A stretch of 64,000 nucleotides of DNA from Gracilinanus agilis (Eukaryota), in assembly GCF_016433145.1 (NCBI RefSeq), contig NC_058132.1, positions 90,225,423 to 90,289,422 on the forward strand. The letters run 5' to 3'. Below are positions 35,141-47,299 of the stretch, in pieces. A model generated the notes under the pieces. It did not search any database. It was given only the letters and a program-made list of their open reading frames with translations, and had not been told where the DNA came from. The translations under genes and the position numbers were made by a program. Positions within the stretch are counted from its first letter, which is position 1, and every line of letters begins with the position of its first letter.

Positions 35141-35923
35141 AAATAAAGAAATAAAAGAGGATGGTCATTTTAAACCCATAGTCTAGACTATTATGATAGG
35201 AAATTAATAGATGTACAACTTGGAGTTCATAAATTTAGTGCTGGAAGGGATATAAGAGGTCATCTAATTTATCCCTCTCATCTTATGGATGTAGAAGTGG
35301 AGGACAAAATATTGAGTGATTTACCCAAGGTCACATAGGCAATAAGTGATCATCCTTTAAACTATAGTCCGCTAACTTCAAATCCTGCATACCCCATTTT
35401 AAGCAACATATAGTTTAGCTACTTGAGTTCAGAAGCCATATCACATTTCTTCACATTAATCAAAATACCTTGAACATACTAAGTTTTCAGGAAATATCTG
35501 CTGTTTGAAATTTGGAGACATTTCATTAAAAAGTCAGATCTGACTTTTACAAAGTAGAATTTTTAGAAAATGTTTATTTGCTAACATGAAGAAAGTTTAT
35601 AAAAAAGAAAGTCTGGAAATAGGAAAGAAAAATACAAGTTAATTTTTAACAAATCACACACTATAATCACTGCCTATCCTGTATAGTGGAGATTGACTGA
35701 GAAACTGATTACTCTAGGGATATGACACTCTTATCTATTACAGGATAAAATTAATCCCCCAAGTAAAGCTCTTCTCTCTTCCATTTCCCATCTCACTTTA
35801 AGATATTGCTGATGCCTCACTGGGAAGTTGAGTTGAATTCCACTGTCCCCCAGAAAATCTTAATTGAATAGATAACCAATATATTTGAATCTTTCCCATG
35901 AGAAATAGAAATGAGGATCAGAC

Positions 35924-36865
35924 CTAGGATCTCTTGGGAAGCAAAACTTTGAGCACTGCTTTGCGGATTTGCTTGGTCTTCACACTATAGATGATTGGAT
36001 TCATCACGGGAGGTATGAGCAGGTAAGCATTTGCAATGAGCGTATGCACATAGGGAGGAGCTCGCTTCCCAAATCTGTGCACAAAGGACAAACTGATGAG
36101 AGGGATATAAAAGATAGCTACGGCTCCAATGTGGGAGATGCAAGTGCTGAAAGCCTTTTGTCGCTCCACTGGAGAGGCAATGCCGAGGACAGTCTTAATG
36201 ATCAATAGGTAGGAGAGGAGGATAAAGATGGAATCTACTCCAGCAGTGCTAATCAAAGCAGCTAGCCCGACCGCACTGTTAACTTTGGTGTCTGTACATG
36301 AAAGCTTCATCACATCTGGGTGGAAGCAGTAGGAGTGATGGAGCACATGACTGCCGCAATAGGACAGGCGTTTAAGTAGAAGAACCATCGGGGTAAGTAT
36401 CACCGTCCCCCGTGTGACAATCGCCACTCCAATCTGAGCAATTCTGGATTCTGTTAAAATGGTGCCATATCGCAGGGGATTAGAAATGGCCACAAAGCGA
36501 TCAAAGGCCATGGCCAAGAGTACAGAGGACTCCATGACAGTGAAGAGTTGAATGAAGAACATCTGAGCCAGGCAGGCATTAAAGCTGATCTCTCTGGCAT
36601 TGAACCAGAATATGCCTAGCATGGTGACCAAAGTAGAGAGAGACAAACCCAGGTCTGTGGTGGACAACATGGAGAGAAAATAGTACATGGGCTCATGGAG
36701 GCTTGGTTCAGTGATGATGACAAAGAGGATCATACTATTCCCTGAAAGGGCAGTTGCATAGAGACAACAAAAAGGAATAGAGATCCAGGTGTGGAAGGCT
36801 TCCAGTCCCGGAACACCAGTGAGAAGGAAGGTGAGAGAAGCTGTAGTGTTAATAAAAGGTAGCAT
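35924..36865 (-). CDS. OR51F-like: Class I olfactory receptor, family 51 (OR51F-like), 313 aa (OR 4)
   Basis: Intact ORF with all class I motifs; sequon NTT; acceptor TTTCCTCTCCAG (AG at 36910-36909); AATAAA on the minus strand at 35573-35578. Confidence 0.96.
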   Translation of the reverse strand: MLPFINTTASLTFLLTGVPGLEAFHTWISIPFCCLYATALSGNSMILFVIITEPSLHEPMYYFLSMLSTTDLGLSLSTLVTMLGIFWFNAREISFNACLAQMFFIQLFTVMESSVLLAMAFDRFVAISNPLRYGTILTESRIAQIGVAIVTRGTVILTPMVLLLKRLSYCGSHVLHHSYCFHPDVMKLSCTDTKVNSAVGLAALISTAGVDSIFILLSYLLIIKTVLGIASPVERQKAFSTCISHIGAVAIFYIPLISLSFVHRFGKRAPPYVHTLIANAYLLIPPVMNPIIYSVKTKQIRKAVLKVLLPKRS

Positions 36866-37849
36866 GTTGATTGGAAGAGGGACAATTCCAAGTTGAAAAT
36901 TCCAAATCCTGGAGAGGAAAATAAAGAGAGAGAAAGAAACTAGTCACTAAACCTCTACAATATAAGTAGTCCTACGTCATGGTCCTGAGGTATTCAAAAA
37001 AGGAAAAATAAAGTGTTTATCTTTGACTTGATCTCAATAAAGATTCCAAAAAGGTACAATGTATACCGGACCCTATGGAGAAGTTGTTGCCAATTGTTCT
37101 AAATGATGTGCCTGTTCTTAGCTTTTTCAAACGAGTTAGGAGTGTAAAGAGTAGTAGTCACATAAAGGAAGCAGAGATAGCACCAGAAACACCCAAAAGA
37201 AATGAGAGTTTTTTGGAAGAGTTCCCTGTGTTGAAAGACAGCACTACAACAAACTCCACTTATTATTCTCATCCTGTGTTCTTTCTCAACAAACATGAAA
37301 ACATACCTAAAAACACAGAGAAAGTATGTGTCAGTGACAGGACTTGCAACTAGGTTTTTTGTTGGGGTTTTTTTTCTGGATTCAAAACTGGTTCTCTATC
37401 TAAAATACAATATTACCTTTCCTGGCACTTCATAGGAATGACAAAGTTTTCATTTTTTATCAATACTCTACCTCCAAACCTCACCAGGTTCTCTGTATCC
37501 CACTTGAGTTGATATCCCAAGGCAAAATACAGCGCTATGTATGATCAGAGTCTCATATATGGGCTGGGATCAATAGAACAACTTCACAGTCCTCATGTAC
37601 TTTGTTCACAATTAAAATGTCCTTAATCTCCTCCCTCCCAATTTTGAGGTCTCTTATTATTTTGAGGCATATGATTAGTCATGTTAACTTTGACCACCTC
37701 TGCTTTAGAGTGAGTCAATAAGGAATCTCTCAGGGGAAATTTAACCTAATAACTCCAAACAAATGATTTATTGGCCATGGACCCTACCCAAGTCTATCCA
37801 CCATCTTAGTTCATCCTATTTCTACCTTAGAGTCGACAAGGTTGTTTAG

Positions 37850-37975
37850 TGGATAGAGTACTGAGCTTCAAATCAGATGAATCATATTTGCGTCCTTCCT
37901 CTGACATCAGCTATCTGTCCATGGGCAAGCAATTTAGCCTCTTTCACCCTTATTTTATTCATCTTTAAAGTGGTC

Positions 37976-38009
<34 letters not shown>

Positions 38010-38100
38010 CTCAAAGGATTGTTATGAGAATCAACTGAGATAATATATGTAAAGTGGTTCACAAACCACAAAATGCCTTAGAAATGCTAGCTTTATTATT
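37850..38100 (+). mobile_element. CORE-SINE with internal (TAA)n expansion at 37976-38008
   Basis: TAGTGGATAGAGTACTGAGC head; GGATTGTTATGAGAATCAACTGAGATAAT 3' part. Confidence 0.8.
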
Positions 38101-38657
38101 ACCTTTTGTAAATCCTATTTTAAGTATCTATTTTACCATGTTATAGTAACATAAGTACTTAATAACTAATGCACCCACACATCTAACACCCATACTTACT
38201 TAAAATCAGATATACTAATATGGCAAAAAACCTGATTAAGAATCTGCTCCTCCCCTATAGCATTTTCCTCCTTCCATCCTGATCTCCTTTTTATCTTTCA
38301 TCCCAAAGAAGTGTCTCTTCAATATCTTCCAGGCTAGTTGTCAATGTCTCTGAGAGCCTTTCCGACTGGGGATTATCCATGAGCAGTTTATAGCATCTAA
38401 CCCAGGCATTATCTCAAATGACAACAAAACAATGTAAAATAAAACCATTCCAGTCTTCACCTCTTTCCTATAGCTGTTTTAAAGGCAAACAAGGAGAATT
38501 TGAAGATTTTAAAGAAAGGGGACTTCAAGCCACACAGTTAGGAAAGTCAGAAGGGATTGAGCAATCACAAATTCTATGCCTTCATTTGCTTTATTTACTT
38601 GATAAAGTTTTTCCACAGCAAGGTCTCTGTCAATAATTGCTGAAAGTTCTTACTTAC

Positions 38658-38792
38658 CAGCCAAAAGAGTTCAAAAATTACATTATTGAATTTTTAGTAA
38701 TTCAGTAAGTAAAGTAAGAATTACACTATTGAATCCAGGGGACAAGTAACCCCAGTGGATCAAGGTAGTTTGCAAAGGATTCTAAATGCAAT
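38658..38792 (-). other. Predicted 135-nt 5'UTR exon of OR 4
   Basis: Minus-strand acceptor CATTTTTTCTTAG (AG 38794-38793) and consensus donor CTG|GTAAGT (GT 38657-38656); contains O/E-like TCCCCTGGA. Confidence 0.5.
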
Positions 38793-39490
38793 CTAAGAAA
38801 AAATGTATTCAGACAGAAAGCAATGATTCTGAATTTTGTACAAATGGGGAGTGGAAGGATCACCAGAATGCAAATTATAAGACTCCTGCATCAATTTGCA
38901 TCACTGAACCTTAAAAGTCATTTGACCATAGGTAAGGTACTTCGCCTTTCTCAATCTAGAGAAATCACTCTATTAAATGAATGTAATAAAACATATAATA
39001 CCTCTTTCACAAGGATATTGTAAAGAAAGATGTCTTTTATAATAGTAAAAAAATGAAGCATTTAGAGAAACTACATATACAAAACTATATATACAAATAC
39101 TGTGCATATATGTGTATACATATATTATATATACATGCATACACAATCTTAGCTAATAATAGTAAAGTAGTAATAGTAAAGAAACTTTCTCTGGACTTAA
39201 ACATATGTTTTCTCCCTCTTACCATATGATATATTTCTTTATACTTCCCCGCAGGACTTCTTGGAACCCTAGGAGACTACTAAGTTGTCTTTCCATTCCC
39301 TTTCATCCCAGGGAAGACTTCACATTAAACCATTAAATCTTATTAATATACTCCTTCCCATATTAAGTCGATATGCTTAACCCATTGTTAACTGACTTCG
39401 ATCTCTGCGTTTCTTTTCTAAAAGTCAAGATGAACTACACTGAGCCACATACAATATCTCCTTCTAACTTTTGAGGTTACTGACATATAC

Positions 39491-39696
39491 CACTTTTTAA
39501 AAATCCCTTACCTTCCATCTTGGAGTCAATACTGTGTATCGGAGCCAAGGCAATAAAGTGATAAGAGTTAGGCAACAGGGGTTAAGTGACTCACCCAGGG
39601 TCACACAGCTAGGAAATGTCTGAGGCCAGAGTTGAACCCAGGACCTCTCATCTCTAGACCTGCCTCTCAAATCTCCTGGGCTACCGAGCTGCCCCC
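39491..39696 (-). mobile_element. Opossum SINE1, older subfamily
   Basis: Full length; 12-bp TSD ACTGACATATAC (39479-39490, 39697-39708). Confidence 0.92.
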
Positions 39697-40219
39697 ACTG
39701 ACATATACTACTGAAACTGATGGTTGAGAATACAGATTTGTCTGTTGCTGTGGAGCAGAGCAAAATTATGTGGTCTAAACATATCACCATTAAAAGCAAA
39801 TCTAATTAGGACAGTGTTGTAAATAAACTGTGCGAAATTGTCGCAGACCACCAGAATTCTGACATACAGGTGAAGATGGTCGATGTTTGTTCAGTCTTCC
39901 AGGAAAATCCAAAACCTATTTCAGATGTCCATTACACTGTTCAGTGGCCCACTCAGCCAAGATTAGCTTCCTTACAGGTACTGACTGCGAATCTTATGTA
40001 TCTTGAGCCCAACACTATCCCTCTCCCCAATATTCTAGTTATACTCTCACCACAATTACAGCTGTTTTACTTACAGAACCTATATAGAATGGAGGCGATG
40101 ACACTCCTGTCTTCTCTAGTCATCATTGTGGGACCAGAGAATCTAAGATTAAGCCAATTGGACTCTTGGGCTGGGAAATATTTAAAGGGCCAGGATTTAT
40201 TCCAGTTGGGGTCCCTTAC

Positions 40220-40480
40220 CAAGCAGGGAAGGCTGATCCAGAGGGAGAACTCATTATCTCCATAACTAGCCTGTTATACTAAAATATCTCAAGAGACCTG
40301 GGATCTCAAAGGCCTTTCTCTGCCAGTAAACTTTGCTTCTCTCTGTAGCATCACTTGCTTATCTTATTAGGAAATGTGGAAATGATGAAGGACTTTTATA
40401 CATTTGTTATTGATTCTGACCTTTGTGTGTTTCCCATTCTAAGACTGATGGACTTTTGGTCTTTGTGCCCTGGGGCCCTT
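40220..40480 (-). promoter_or_regulatory. Candidate promoter and first exon of OR 4
   Basis: Minus strand: O/E GCCCCAGGGC (40467-40476), TATAAAAG (40393-40400), O/E-like TCTCTTGAGA (40288-40297), donor TTG|GTAAGG at 40219. Confidence 0.5.
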
Positions 40481-42898
40481 TTGTAAAAAGGAGAATTTGA
40501 AAAAAAATTATGGAACTGCACAGAAGAGACTTTAGGCAATTATAACTAGTATCTGTGTGCTTTTTTTTAAGGTTTGAAGATAGTTTTCATATTTTTAGCT
40601 CACTTGATCCTCACAGCAGTCCTATGAAATTGTCTTTTATTATTATCAACACTTCACAGATGAGGAAACTGAAGTAAAGTGAATTTAAATGACACTCTAA
40701 CCCAGAGTTACACAGGAACTAAATGTATGAGGCAGGATTTTAACTCAATATTTTCCAAATTCCAAACCAGCTCTCTACCTAGCTTCTTTATTCAAGATTC
40801 TCTGCTAACAGATTTAGGGCAGATGCTGGAAGTCTCCCTCTTCCATTCCCTTCTTCATTAAAAAGGTAGAAGCATAGAAAGAAGAAAAACTGGTATATTG
40901 TAAACAGGGCTGGATTAAGATTCAGGAGACAGATTTTCATCCTGCCTCAGACACTCACTACCTTCACCTCCGAGTCATGGTTCCCATATCTGTAAAATGA
41001 GAATAATAATGTTACTTTTACTAATTACTTTACAAAGGTGTGAGGAAAATGTTTTTCAAACCTTTAAGCATTTGATAAATGCGCATGTTTTGAATACAGA
41101 CTTTTTCATCCATAAAATTCTCTTTTTGTGTCAAAACCAAAATGAAATTAAATGATAATGTTGCATTTACAAACCCCAAAACTGCTTTAAAAAAAAAAAA
41201 AACCCTTCCCTTTGTCTTCAAATTGATAGTAAGTTTCAGTTTCAACACAAAAAGAGACACTAGGGCTAGGCAATTGAGGTTAAGTGATTTTTCCAGTCAC
41301 ACAACTGGGTAATGTGTGAGATCAGGTTGGAATCCAGGACCTCCCATCTGTATACCCTCCTTTCTATTCACCTACACATGATTTCTTGCCTCAGAATAGA
41401 TTTCCTTTCTCTCTACTATCCCAAGACATATATAACTGTATTCAAAACTCTCTAGGTCCCTCTTCACCCTTAAGTCTTCCCCAAACTATATGATACATTA
41501 CTAATTAGCCAATTGTTGCAGAATTTATGTGTATGTCTCTGAATATTTCATTTTTCCCCTAGCATTTATTGATCTTTTTGTATGTAGCAGGTACCATGAT
41601 AGGAGATAGAGATACACAAAGTGAAAAATATCCTTTAAGCTCAATGAGCTTATAGTAACATTTTGGATATTGTACATGTTACATTTCTAATATTAATATA
41701 TTTTTCTGGTTGTAAACATGCCTTTATTTCTGTCATGTGTATTTATATATACATATGTATGGGATATATGTGTATGTGTGTGAGACTTTCTTATTTTTAT
41801 ATGTTTATAGGTCCCCATTAGTTTTGTCTACAATTTTCTACCAAGAAGCTTTCTGGGAAAAGGATTGGGTCTCCCTAGAATAAATGATCTCTGTGGGCAA
41901 AGGCTTGACTTCCCATCAGACCTGAACACACTAAGCACACCAGGAAGCACCAGATTTTACCATCTTCTCTGCCACTCCTTTACAGACCCCCCTGACATTA
42001 ACATTTGCCCTACTTATTTATATTAAGAACTCCAAGGCTTTGCTATTTACTTTCTTTTTACATCCTAAAAAAATCAAACCTTTTAAACCACCCTAGATTT
42101 AAATTCTCCTATATGAGTTGTTCCCATAAATTTTAGTGTGAACTCCTTTATAAATGAATATTCTTTTTCTTCCTTTCTATTATTTTAAGTGATATTTAAG
42201 CAATGAAAAATGCTCAGTATTATCTCTTTACATTTCCCTTAGTGCTCAGAATAGAGCTTAAGTAGATGTAAAAAAAAAAGAAAAAGAAATAAAACATTTC
42301 TTGAATGAATAAATGTTATTTGATTTCAGTGGTAAAAATCCCCTGAATTTAGAATCCTGTGAAAAATACAGAAGGTTAAATATTGAGTTGATAAATGAAT
42401 AAAAACACAGTAAGCTCTTTTATGAAATTCCAAGTACTGTGCTAAGCATTAGGCATATAAATAATAAGGCAAGATAATTATTTGATCCTCACAAAAACCC
42501 TTTGAGGTAGGTATTATTATCAGCTCTGGTATACAGATGAGTAAACTGAGGTATATGGAAGCAAAGTAATTTTCTCAAGGTCAGAGAGCCAATATGTATT
42601 TGATCAGGATTGAACTTGTCTTTTTTACTCTATGTCCAATAGTTTATCCACTTTGCTATCTAGTAGCATATTGTTTGGTTATTTTTTGTTTGTTTGTTTT
42701 TTTAAATAAACATTGTTTTTCTTCAATTACATGAAAAAAACAAAATTTAACCTTCATTTTTTTTAAAGTTTGAAGTAAATTCTTCCCCTCACCACACTGC
42801 CCTTTCATCACCCTATATTTCTTCACTCTTTCATAGGCAGATGACTAAAGAGGGTCCTTTATAATCATCACCCACAATGTTTCATCTAATACTCACTT

Positions 42899-43506
42899 TG
42901 ATGAAATAATTTTGGATATAATATCAAAAATATAAAATTGAAATCCCTGTATACATTTTAATTATAATGAAATAGAATGTGACTATTAGAAATATACTAT
43001 ACCATATATCTGCTAAATTCTGGGGGCAGAAGCCTGTGACTTTTATTAAAAAGCTAATAAACAGCCCTAATAAAAACTAGTTGAACTAGTTCCAGACAAA
43101 CGCCCAACCAGATACCCAGACCAGATATATGTGAAACATTCTCCTTTGAAGATTTGCCAGCCTGAATATTTGGTATTGATATACAAATGAGCCAGCCCTA
43201 GAGTATCTGGTCCAGAGTATCTGGTTTAGATGTCCAGTCAAGATGTTCAGGCCAGATCCATGACTCTGCTGACCATCCTGATAAGTGTGTTTCTAGGTAA
43301 GAATCCCAAACTGACCTATATAAAAGGAAGTGAGTAAAGAACCTAGACTGCAACCTAGAATGAGACTTTATTTCTTTAGCAGGGTTTCACCTTTATTGCA
43401 AATTTTTCCACTATTCTCAATCTTAAATAAACATTCATGTTGCTGTGATAGCCTTCTTGGTGAAAGCTTACGCTTTTAATAGAAAATGAATAATTTATTT
43501 TTGACA
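42899..43506 (+). mobile_element. Putative solo LTR
   Basis: TG...CA ends, TATATAAAAGG near 43318, AATAAA near 43427, internal CCAGATAC/GTATCTGG inverted motifs. No TSD found. Confidence 0.5.
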
Positions 43507-43509
43507 GGT

Positions 43510-44560
43510 ATTCAGTCCTTCTCATTCCATCTTCCAGATGTCAGTAAAATACTAAATATTCTTTCTCCAAGGTTATCAGTGATCCTTTAAATACTAAATT
43601 TGGTAGCAATTTCTCGATTCTCATTTTCCTTGATCACTCTACAACTTTTAATACTGCCAGTCTCCTTCTCTTGCTATATAATCTCTGTGTGCTTAACTTC
43701 TAGAACATTAACTCTCATACTACCTTTTTGACCATTTTTAGTATCCTTTGCTTGAGTGTCTACCATATGATATTCTTTAAGTATGGCTGTTACCCAAGAT
43801 TCTGTATTATGTTATTTTTTTCTTATATCTTTATACTCTACTTTATTCATGATCTTATCAGCTCTAGTAGAAACAATTATCATGTCTATACAGATACTCC
43901 AAAATCTGAAAATTTAACACTGATATCTCTTTTGAACTCCAGGACTGTATCACCAACTGCCTACTAAAAATCTCCTCCTGGAGGTTTGACTGACATCTTA
44001 ATCTTAGGATATACAAAATTAAACAAATTATCTTCTTACCTAAAATGACCATTTCTTCAAGATTGCACTTCAATTCATCTTCTTTCTAGTAACCCAGGTT
44101 CTTAACTAGAGTCATCCTTCAATATTTCTTTGCCATTGCCATTAACTGTCAAGGAGCTACTCATCCACCTCCATCATCTCCCAAGATCAGACTTTCTCTC
44201 TACTCATGTAGCTACTTCCATAGTTTAGGTCCTTATCACACCTCTTCTAGACAATGAAAATAGTCTCTGAGTTGGCCTTTCTGCTACAAGTCTCCCTTCT
44301 TTTATTTATTTTCCACATAACTGACAAAAGAATCTTCCTAAGGCACAAATCTGACCATGACATACTTTCCTACTCAAAAATCTTCTTTGGCTCTTCATTC
44401 CCTCTAACAAACTCAGACTAGAATTTAAATTTTGCACAATCTGACTTCTATAGCACCTCCTTTCTTTATTACATATCATTTCCCTTTGCACTCTCTAATT
44501 TCTAGCCAAACTAGACTACTAGCTGTTTCTTGAATCTAACACTTCATTTCTGATTTCCAT
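43510..44560 (+). mobile_element. L2 fragment
   Basis: CTCCAAGGTTATCAGTGATCC...CTATACAGATACTCCAAAATCT...CTTCCTAAGGCACAAATCTGACCATG L2 series. Confidence 0.75.
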
Positions 44561-45392
44561 AAGTTGGTTTCCATGCTATAACTGCTGATAATACTATTAT
44601 AATGATTATAAAACAACTCCCTGCTATAGCTTTAAGATTTGTAAAGTTATTTAAATTTATTAGTTCTTTTGACTCATGACAAATCTATAATTCAAATGCA
44701 TTTATCATTTCCATTTTATAATTGATTAAACTAAAGCTCAGGGAATTTGTGATTTACCCAGAGGCATAGCTAGTAAATGACTAAAGTACGAGATCAATAG
44801 ATTCTTTTCTATATGTCAGTTCCTATTATCATTTTTTGTCCAGACTTCTAATTTTATTTGTGAAATGAAAGCTTTTAATGAGAAAACTACCTCAGATGTG
44901 CTGTTTTTGCTGCTGTTATTTTAATTTTCAGCTTCTAGTACTTTATACCTACTGAGGCACTGAGAGTTAGGTTTCCCAACATAAGGTAGTCAGAGGCAGA
45001 ATTTGAATCTAAATATGCCTTATTTTAGCCAATCTATATGCTACCCTACACTGCCTTTTACATAATTATTTTTACAATCATCATCATTATTTCATTCTAG
45101 TCCTGGGAAAAGTAATTATCCTGCTATTATTATTTAATGTTCTATAAACTATTGCATAAGTAGATAAAATAGCTGCTTTTGTCATTAGATAAAGGTATTA
45201 GGGTGCAAGCTAACCATCTGCTTCCCTAATAAAAGCATCCTTGTTAATTAGCCAATAGGACTACAGGCATGACATTCACTCATCTTTCCACATGACTTTA
45301 CTCTCCTTTTCTAGGATTATTATTGTTGTTGTTGTTGTTACCATTGTTATCCTACTGCAATTATTTTTTGTTATTTCTACCTCACAGAGTAC

Positions 45393-47107
45393 TGTAGGAT
45401 TTAAATTAATATCCAATACTCCAAGAATTGTATTTTATAAAGTTTGTTAATAATCCCTAGAAGTAAAGGAATAAAAAGATAATTATCTAACAAAGTAAGG
45501 CCACTTGACTCAATTCTCCTGGCACTCACCTCATGCCACCTCACCAAACCAATCAGATTAAGAAGAGAGAGAGAGGAGGGGCTACACAAAATTTATAACC
45601 TCCTTATGTCAGCTCATAACGTGAGAAGGAGAGTGGGGTGCTGGGATTCATAGTTTTTAGGGTAATAGATTCTAATTACACAATTCCCCCTGTGATTCCA
45701 TTGGGAAACAAGCATGTAGAAATCTCCCACTTTTACATGCCTAGTTTCCCCATGGGATCAGCACACATAACCAACTTACATCTCTAAAGACCTATAACTA
45801 GAGAGGTACATACAATATTGTACTTTCTAAGGGGAAATTACAATAATTTGGGGATAAGAGAGAAAGAGAACAAAACCAATGATTGCTAGGTGCATTAACA
45901 AAAAGCCAATTAGGCAATCCCCTTTGGCATAAAGGTATACATTTTTAAAGAAATAATGGGGTAGAGAGAGATATAGATGTATAATGATGGTGATGATGTG
46001 TATCTGTCTATGATCTCCTCAGGTGCAGTTGGTGGGAAGAACACCTACTCCTATTACCCTGGTTGCTTCTGTAAATTATTCCCTTCTCTCTGACAGGTTT
46101 GGTTGATAACTTGTTAGAACTTCCTTTAACAGTTGCCAAAGTAAGGACCCTTGAGAGGTTAGATAGATGGTTAACCTCTCCAGGCCCAACCTGGAGTTGG
46201 CTAGATTGGTAATGGGCTATTGATTAGTCTTGGATAATGTTCAGGATCTGACTCCCTTCCCAAGGGTGGTGATAGAAAGATCACTCAGGAAAGTACTTGT
46301 TATTGAACACTCTTTTATCTATAGCTAGGAAAAGGATAACAAGGTCAAGGATTGGGGATTAGAAACCCTACTGTTCTATTATCTATTAGACTAATTAATA
46401 ATCAGGACTGGAGGCTACTAAGCTGGTGGAGGCTTGAGATCTTCACCTCTCCCTCTATCTCTGGCTGGACCTGGCCACAGCCAAGCCAGAGAATAGGGAA
46501 GGCTATTGTTGCTGATATACTGATGGTCTTTATTCTCTCAGCTCTCTCACCACTAGTGTTGATGGTTCACTAGCTCTCACAGTCTAGCCAGGTAATAGAT
46601 TCAGGCTTATTCCTACCTTCTTCTTCTTCAACCACCCTTCAACTACCCTTCAGCCACCCACTGCCCAGATAAAACCATAGAGGCTTGCTGAGATTTGTGA
46701 TCCCCAGGTCTCATCCTCTGAGTCCAGAGACCTCCTCCAATGTAGCTGTCAGGGGTATATATAGGGTGAGGCTAACTGATGTTTGCCCCTGGCTCATGGC
46801 ACCTGGGAACATTCCAAACTCTCGACTGCCATCCCTGTCAGTCACAGTGGCATCCATCTCATCCCAGATTATGAATATAACAACATTCAAAATAAATGCT
46901 TTCTATCCCTCCACAGTTCAATTTCACTACATCCGTAAGTTCATTTTGGATCCTTTGGTGCAATGTGAGGTTTCTGCAGGCATCTCCATGGCACCTTCTT
47001 CAAATAGTTCACTTTCTGGATTCATGGAGGTAGCAAGTTTCTTATCCTAAAATTACTCTCAAACAAGAAAAATTTTTATAAAACTAGAATTTTATGACAA
47101 TTATACA
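45393..47107 (-). mobile_element. Composite ERV/LTR element, long copy (1715 bp)
   Basis: TG...CA termini with perfect 4-bp TSD GTAC (45389-45392, 47108-47111). TATA near 46756-46764, AATAAA near 46530, PBS-like TGGCAAC at 46138-46132, PPT at about 45683-45692 followed by a second LTR start. Confidence 0.88.
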
Positions 47108-47299
47108 GTACTTGACTTTTATCAAGGTTTATTTCTGCTGTTCTCTGCTCTGTGAAACCCTCCCCAATATTCCTATTGGTGACTATATCAAAATAGACTA
47201 AGTAAATAATACAAACCTTGAGGTTGGACAGTAAAGCAAAGAGGGACACACTTCTACTATTTCATGAACGTAGTCCTCTATCAGAAAGACAGGTAGAAT

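Noticed and set aside
37075-37353. 92-aa ORF upstream of OR 4
   Set aside because: No recognisable homology; length is within chance.
39870-40265. 131-aa plus-strand ORF
   Set aside because: GTG start, no recognisable domain, and it lies antisense to the predicted OR 4 first intron and exon.
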